A stretch of 64,000 nucleotides of DNA, taken from Candidatus Latescibacterota bacterium. Lineage in GTDB: Bacteria > Latescibacterota > UBA2968 > SICM01. The notes beneath the pieces are model-generated. The model did no database searches. It saw only the letters and a program-made list of their open reading frames with translations, and was not told the origin of the DNA. The stretch covers positions 5,088,001-5,152,000 of the forward strand of contig CBDCJO010000002.1 in the NCBI GenBank assembly GCA_965217865.1, read 5' to 3'. Made by a program: the position numbers and the translations under genes. Below are positions 59,646-64,000 of this stretch, piece by piece (the stretch's first letter is position 1; every line of letters starts with the position of its first letter).

Positions 59646-60401
59646 TTACTTTGCCAAATAACCGCCGTCCACGACCATTGTCTCGCCTGTCATAAATGAA
59701 GACGCATCTGAGCACAACCATACGGCGGCGTTTGCGATCTCCTCGGGATTTCCTATCCGCCCGATCGGCTGCCGGTTCAGGACCCGTTCCCTGTTCTCCG
59801 GATCCTCCAGGGCTTTCTGATTCATCGGCGTGAGGACATAACCAGGACACAAGGCGTTAATCCGGATCCCCATTGGGCCGTATTCGATAGCTGCGGCCCT
59901 GGTCAAACCGACCACACCGTGTTTGCTCGCGGTATAGGCCGAAAAATTCTGAAGACCGGCGATTCCCCCCACGGATGCGTTGTTGACGATAACGCCTCCA
60001 CCGGCTTTCAAAACCTGGGGGATCTCATACTTCATACACCGCCAGACGCCTTTAAGATTGATCTCGATTGTGTTGTCCCAATCCTCTTCAGTACACTCCG
60101 CCGTGGGCATACCACGGCTTATGACCCCCGCGTTGTTGAAGGCGCAATCCAGACGTCCGTATGTTTCCACGGCACGATCGACCAATCCTTTCACATCGGC
60201 TTCCACCGTGACATCCCCCCTCACGAAGACCGCGTCGCCACCTTCGGTTTTGATCAGAGCCGAGGTCTCCCGACCCTCTTGATCCCTCCGGGCAGAAACC
60301 ACGACTTTGGCGCCTTCCCTTCCAAAAGCAAGTGCGGAAGCCCTTCCAATACCTGAGCTTCCACCCGTCACCAGGATGACTTTCCCCTCTAAACATCCCA
60401 T
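59646..60401 (-). CDS. SDR family oxidoreductase
   Basis: TGGSSGIG, NNAG, YTASK, PG, GR.G.PEE, VDGG. Confidence 0.93.
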   Translation of the reverse strand: MGCLEGKVILVTGGSSGIGRASALAFGREGAKVVVSARRDQEGRETSALIKTEGGDAVFVRGDVTVEADVKGLVDRAVETYGRLDCAFNNAGVISRGMPTAECTEEDWDNTIEINLKGVWRCMKYEIPQVLKAGGGVIVNNASVGGIAGLQNFSAYTASKHGVVGLTRAAAIEYGPMGIRINALCPGYVLTPMNQKALEDPENRERVLNRQPIGRIGNPEEIANAAVWLCSDASSFMTGETMVVDGGYLAK

Positions 60402-60503
60402 CGCATTTCCACCCTATGCCGATATCAAGCTTGTGAGCACGGCCCACTGCACCCATACCCAAGGGGCAGTCTTTTCTACCAGACGATCGAGGCAATGCCC
60501 TCG

Positions 60504-61466
60504 CTATTCGTAACGCCCGGGATTTTGCTTTAGTTCGTTCAGGAAATCGTCAACGATTCGCGCTTGATCGTACTCTGGCTCCCAGCCCCATTCCCCCCTC
60601 GCGTTGCTGTCGTCTATGGGTAGAATCAGTTTATCCAGAATATCCTGTATCTCCGGATCCGGTTTGAAATCGATCCGCGCATCGGGCAGCCTGGCCCTCA
60701 CCATCTCTGACAATTCCGCCGCACTCGCCACGGGCGGTGCACCCGAAACCAGATAGTTGACGGTACGGATCTTTTCGACGGGCGCTTTCCCCAGCGTTAC
60801 GATCGCCCGTGCCGCATCTTTCACGTATATCACAGGGATTCTTGTGTCCGGCCTCACCCACACGGTGAATGGATTCCCTTTCGAGCTCTCCTCGATGACC
60901 CAGCTGTTGTACTGGGCAACTCCCCGCGTCTTCACCCCGGGTCCGACGATGGATGGATATCGAATGCCCCTGAAATCGAGGCCGAATTTCTTCTTGAAAA
61001 AAAGTCCCATATGCTCTCCAAATAATTTCGTGGCCCCGTAAATCAATTGGGGACGCTGGAGGGTGTAATCGTTGACAGATTCCTCCCGAATATCGAGTCC
61101 GTAGGTGGCGTGGGTGCTCGAGAAGAGGACTTTCTGAACCCCGAATTGTCTGGCGGCTTCCAAAACGTGAAAAGTTCCCAGGGCGTTCGTTCGGATTGCG
61201 GCAACGTGATCGGCATCCGAGGGCACGGAGAGCATACCGCCCAGATGATAGATCACCCTGGGCCGGATATGTTTCACAAGATCCAATACCCCATCGAAGT
61301 TCCCTAAATCCCCCTGAACGATTTCTAAGTGATTCGAGGAATCAACGAGCCTTTTTGTCGAGGGGTTGAGGTCAAACAGAACCAGCTTTTCCTCTCCCTG
61401 TTCCATCAAGAGGTGAACCACTTCGGCCCCGGTAAACCCTGTGCCTCCAGTGATCAGCGTGGCCAT
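60504..61466 (-). CDS. NAD-dependent epimerase/dehydratase (L-threonine 3-dehydrogenase-like extended SDR)
   Basis: ITGGTGFTG, YHLGGMLS, YGATK, DFRGIRYP; start placed at MATL 61466 after GGAG. Confidence 0.85.
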   Translation of the reverse strand: MATLITGGTGFTGAEVVHLLMEQGEEKLVLFDLNPSTKRLVDSSNHLEIVQGDLGNFDGVLDLVKHIRPRVIYHLGGMLSVPSDADHVAAIRTNALGTFHVLEAARQFGVQKVLFSSTHATYGLDIREESVNDYTLQRPQLIYGATKLFGEHMGLFFKKKFGLDFRGIRYPSIVGPGVKTRGVAQYNSWVIEESSKGNPFTVWVRPDTRIPVIYVKDAARAIVTLGKAPVEKIRTVNYLVSGAPPVASAAELSEMVRARLPDARIDFKPDPEIQDILDKLILPIDDSNARGEWGWEPEYDQARIVDDFLNELKQNPGRYE

Positions 61467-61885
61467 CGTCATCTCCGGGTCAGTAAAAGACCAAAGTGGG
61501 CTCGGTTTTGAAGTTCCGAACTCGGCGACATAGAAACAAAAGCAAGAAGCATCCAACGATTTCCAATTCGACCAAACGTATGAAAAATACTTTCATCCAC
61601 AGAAAGGCACCGGGAAATGTACCGCCTCTTTTTTGGGGAATTCATGGCGGGCACCGAATTTGCGGGGATATGAGTGAAGTCTCATTAATGTATTGAAAGA
61701 CGAGAGGGGAGCTTTTAAGAATTCGCGAAGTTCAGGGAAGAAGGAACCCGGTCAAGAAGGAAGAAAGTCGATCTGCACTCAAAAGGGAGACGATGAAAAG
61801 CTACAATGTATTCTCAGAGCCTGAAATTAATTCTTTTCCTGACATTTTCTTTTGCTTTGCACACTTTTTGGAATGTCGTCTTGCT

Positions 61886-62081
61886 CCCTCACCCCGCCTC
61901 GCAAGCTCGGCACCCCTCTCCCGTGTGCCGGGAGAGGGGAAGATCGAATGATCTAATCTAATTGTTTTGAAGGAAAAGAAGAGATCCTCAATATATTGAA
62001 AATGAATGCCGTCCCCTTCTTCTGCGGAGCCTGTCCTGAGCTCGTCGAAGGACGGGAGAAGGGGATACAGGGGATGAGGGC
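61886..62081. repeat. Pair of REP-like palindromic elements
   Basis: CCCTCACCCC..CCCCTCTCCCG-TGTGC-CGGGAGAGGGG and CCCCTTCT..CCTGTCCTGAGCTCGTCGAAGGA..AGAAGGGG..GGGGATGAGGG; related hairpin at 36522-36544. Confidence 0.65.
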
Positions 62082-62177
62082 GTTAAAACTGACATCCTTC
62101 GCTTGAAAGCAGTACCAAATTCAAGGTTAATTCTGTAACACCCACTTAAAAGGGAGACGATGAAAAGTGTTGTTCCG

Positions 62178-63314
62178 TCACTTCTTCGGGATCTCTTTTT
62201 TTCTTTTCTTGAAGGCCTTAAAAGTATCATTCATATTGTCCAAGAGCTCACCGCGCCGGTCGTAGAGCCGTTTAAGGGGCCGATTTCCCCGACGGGTAAG
62301 GGCATAAGCGGTGAGGATCGGGAGAGCGATGGTGGAGTCACAGTAACATACGATGCTGTCGGGGAGGGAGGAGGGTTCGACCTTTCCCCAGCTGACGGCC
62401 TCATCGGGCGTGGCCCCTGAGAGGCCCCCCGTATCGGGTCGGGCATCCGTGATCTGTGCAAAGTAATCGAATCCCTCATCCGAAAAGCCCAGGACTTCCT
62501 GAATATAAGGCTCGGTTTGGAGCAGGAAATTCTTTGGGGAACCGCCACCCAGGATGAAGGCTGCGCTTTTACCTCCGGAGTCCTTCGCATCCAGGACGAT
62601 GGCGGATGTTTCATTGACATCGACGGAGGGATCGAACTGAAGCTTGTTACCTTCGAGGGCTTTTTCAGAGACGTTCATGCCTATGGAGGAATCCCCGGGG
62701 CTGGAGGTATAGACAGGTACGCCGCACCGATAGGTGGCTGAGAGAAAACTCTTTTGCTCCAGTCCGAGCGCGCGTTCCCGTTCGGCCACATAACGGCCGA
62801 AAAGATGGTGGAATTCCGCGGTGCCCATCGTCTTCTGGAACTCCGGAGCGGTAATGACCTCCTGATAGAAGATATCCGTCGAGACCAGGACCTGGTTGTC
62901 GAACAGAATATCGTATATGCGGATTATCTTTTCTTTCCTCAACTCAACGTCGTCCTGGAAGGGACTTCCCTGGTGCATGGACATCCCGAGGCCGAAGTGG
63001 GTGTCGTGGTAGAGGTTGGCTCCGGTGCTGACGATCCAGTCGATCATCCCGGATTCGATCAGCGGGATTAGACAGCTCATGCCTAGGCCCGCGGGAGAGA
63101 GGGCTCCCGAAAGGCTCAGGCCAACGGTGACGTCCTCCGCAAGCATTTTATCCGTGAAAAGCCGGCATATCTCACGGAGACGTCCCGCGTTATAGGCCAG
63201 GAAGGTCTGATCAACCAGATCGGGAACCGTCGTCCCCAGGCCGATGGGTTGCGGTTGAATGGGATCTCCGTTTAAAAAAGGCCTGGATTCCGTTTTGCGA
63301 TCGTGGTTTTTCAT
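62178..63314 (-). CDS. Deoxyhypusine synthase-like protein (bacterial homospermidine-synthase type)
   Basis: [57 protein letters not shown]; start MKNH at 63314. Confidence 0.9.
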   Translation of the reverse strand: MKNHDRKTESRPFLNGDPIQPQPIGLGTTVPDLVDQTFLAYNAGRLREICRLFTDKMLAEDVTVGLSLSGALSPAGLGMSCLIPLIESGMIDWIVSTGANLYHDTHFGLGMSMHQGSPFQDDVELRKEKIIRIYDILFDNQVLVSTDIFYQEVITAPEFQKTMGTAEFHHLFGRYVAERERALGLEQKSFLSATYRCGVPVYTSSPGDSSIGMNVSEKALEGNKLQFDPSVDVNETSAIVLDAKDSGGKSAAFILGGGSPKNFLLQTEPYIQEVLGFSDEGFDYFAQITDARPDTGGLSGATPDEAVSWGKVEPSSLPDSIVCYCDSTIALPILTAYALTRRGNRPLKRLYDRRGELLDNMNDTFKAFKKRKKEIPKK

Positions 63315-64000
63315 CAGGACTCCTTTGAGACCGCCTTGAATTCTTTGAAAGAGAGATGGGCTTTCCAGAAATAGACCAGTCCGATGGCCGTAATCGGGAT
63401 GTAGCCGGCGACGTGCAGGACGATCGAAAAGCTCAGCGCCGTGCTCTGAGGGATCCCGAAAAGGGACAGGGCGAGGATGCACGCCGCCTGAAAGACCCCC
63501 ACAAAGCCTGGGGAGGAGGGGAGAGTAACCCCCAGGGCGATGATCGCTATGATGGTAAAGGGCGCGTAGGCCGGCAGACTGAGATGGAAGGCTTCGACAA
63601 TGCACTGAACAGAGGCGACATTGAAGAGCCAGAGGATGAGGGTATAGGCGGAGGTGGATAACATTCTACGACCCTGAGAAAGCACGTGCAACCCGGAGGC
63701 AAAGCTTTCAAACAGATTGATGATTTTGTCCGATATCCGAACCGGCAAAGGCCTGAGGATAAATTTGATCCAGGCGAGGGATGAATCCGTTCGGATGTGG
63801 AGCAGATAGAGGAAGAGGATAAGGACGAGGTAAAGCCCCATCGCAGCCGTGCCGCCATGCCTGATCCAATCCGGAAAGGTGGGGAGGGCGAGAGTGCTTG
63901 CTAGAAAAAGGACAAGAATCATCCCGTCGAACAGCCTCTCAATGACAATGGTGGCGAAAGCCGAACTTCGGTTGACCGAGGAAAGCCTCCCGATTGCGTC
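63314..64000 (-). CDS. Lysylphosphatidylglycerol synthase TM-domain (flippase-like) protein, 5' end outside the window
   Basis: [22 protein letters not shown] motifs and multiple TM helices. Confidence 0.85.
   Translation of the reverse strand, partial: DAIGRLSSVNRSSAFATIVIERLFDGMILVLFLASTLALPTFPDWIRHGGTAAMGLYLVLILFLYLLHIRTDSSLAWIKFILRPLPVRISDKIINLFESFASGLHVLSQGRRMLSTSAYTLILWLFNVASVQCIVEAFHLSLPAYAPFTIIAIIALGVTLPSSPGFVGVFQAACILALSLFGIPQSTALSFSIVLHVAGYIPITAIGLVYFWKAHLSFKEFKAVSKES

Noticed and set aside
63315-63605. N-terminal extension of the DHS-like ORF
   Set aside because: Overlaps the upstream membrane gene in another frame; the start at 63314 has an AGGAG RBS
1-64000. tRNA, rRNA, integrase or prophage genes
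   Set aside because: No cloverleaf, rRNA signature or phage hallmark genes recognised by eye; tRNAscan-SE and Infernal would be needed to exclude them formally

Overview
GC-rich bacterial chromosome segment; the taxon cannot be determined from sequence alone. The gene mix (propeller/YYY sensor, PhyH, BNR sialidase, sulfatase, Gfo/Idh/MocA) resembles uncultured Latescibacterota/Poribacteria-type genomes, which is inference. Housekeeping and metabolic genes (nagA, ndh, ggt, archease, dapA-pckG-dapB, rarA, accD, a SWIM-SNF2 helicase, a DHS-like gene) are interspersed with mobile DNA. There are two near-identical 1526-bp IS5/IS1182-like elements, both inserted in the centre of CCC-NTA-GGG palindromes. 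A 2.2-kb IS1595-family element has 47-bp terminal inverted repeats that each contain an inward sigma70 promoter, and it carries an HsdR_N/PD-(D/E)xK nuclease behind a structured leader. A second, simple IS1595 and a 1.1-kb tandem array of REP-rich units follow; each array unit holds a collapsed RAYT/TnpA(Y1) remnant. The 32-52 kb region is a decaying accessory island with several pseudogenes. It includes an acetoin-dehydrogenase-like operon whose E1-alpha is in one reading frame with a beta-propeller/YYY/PAS sensor and whose E2 has an alpha/beta-hydrolase in place of the acyltransferase domain. A KamA-type aminomutase, aminotransferase and acyl-CoA ligase cluster has a candidate switch-like leader. 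No rRNA, tRNA or CRISPR array was recognised. All calls come from reading motifs by eye; no database searches were run.
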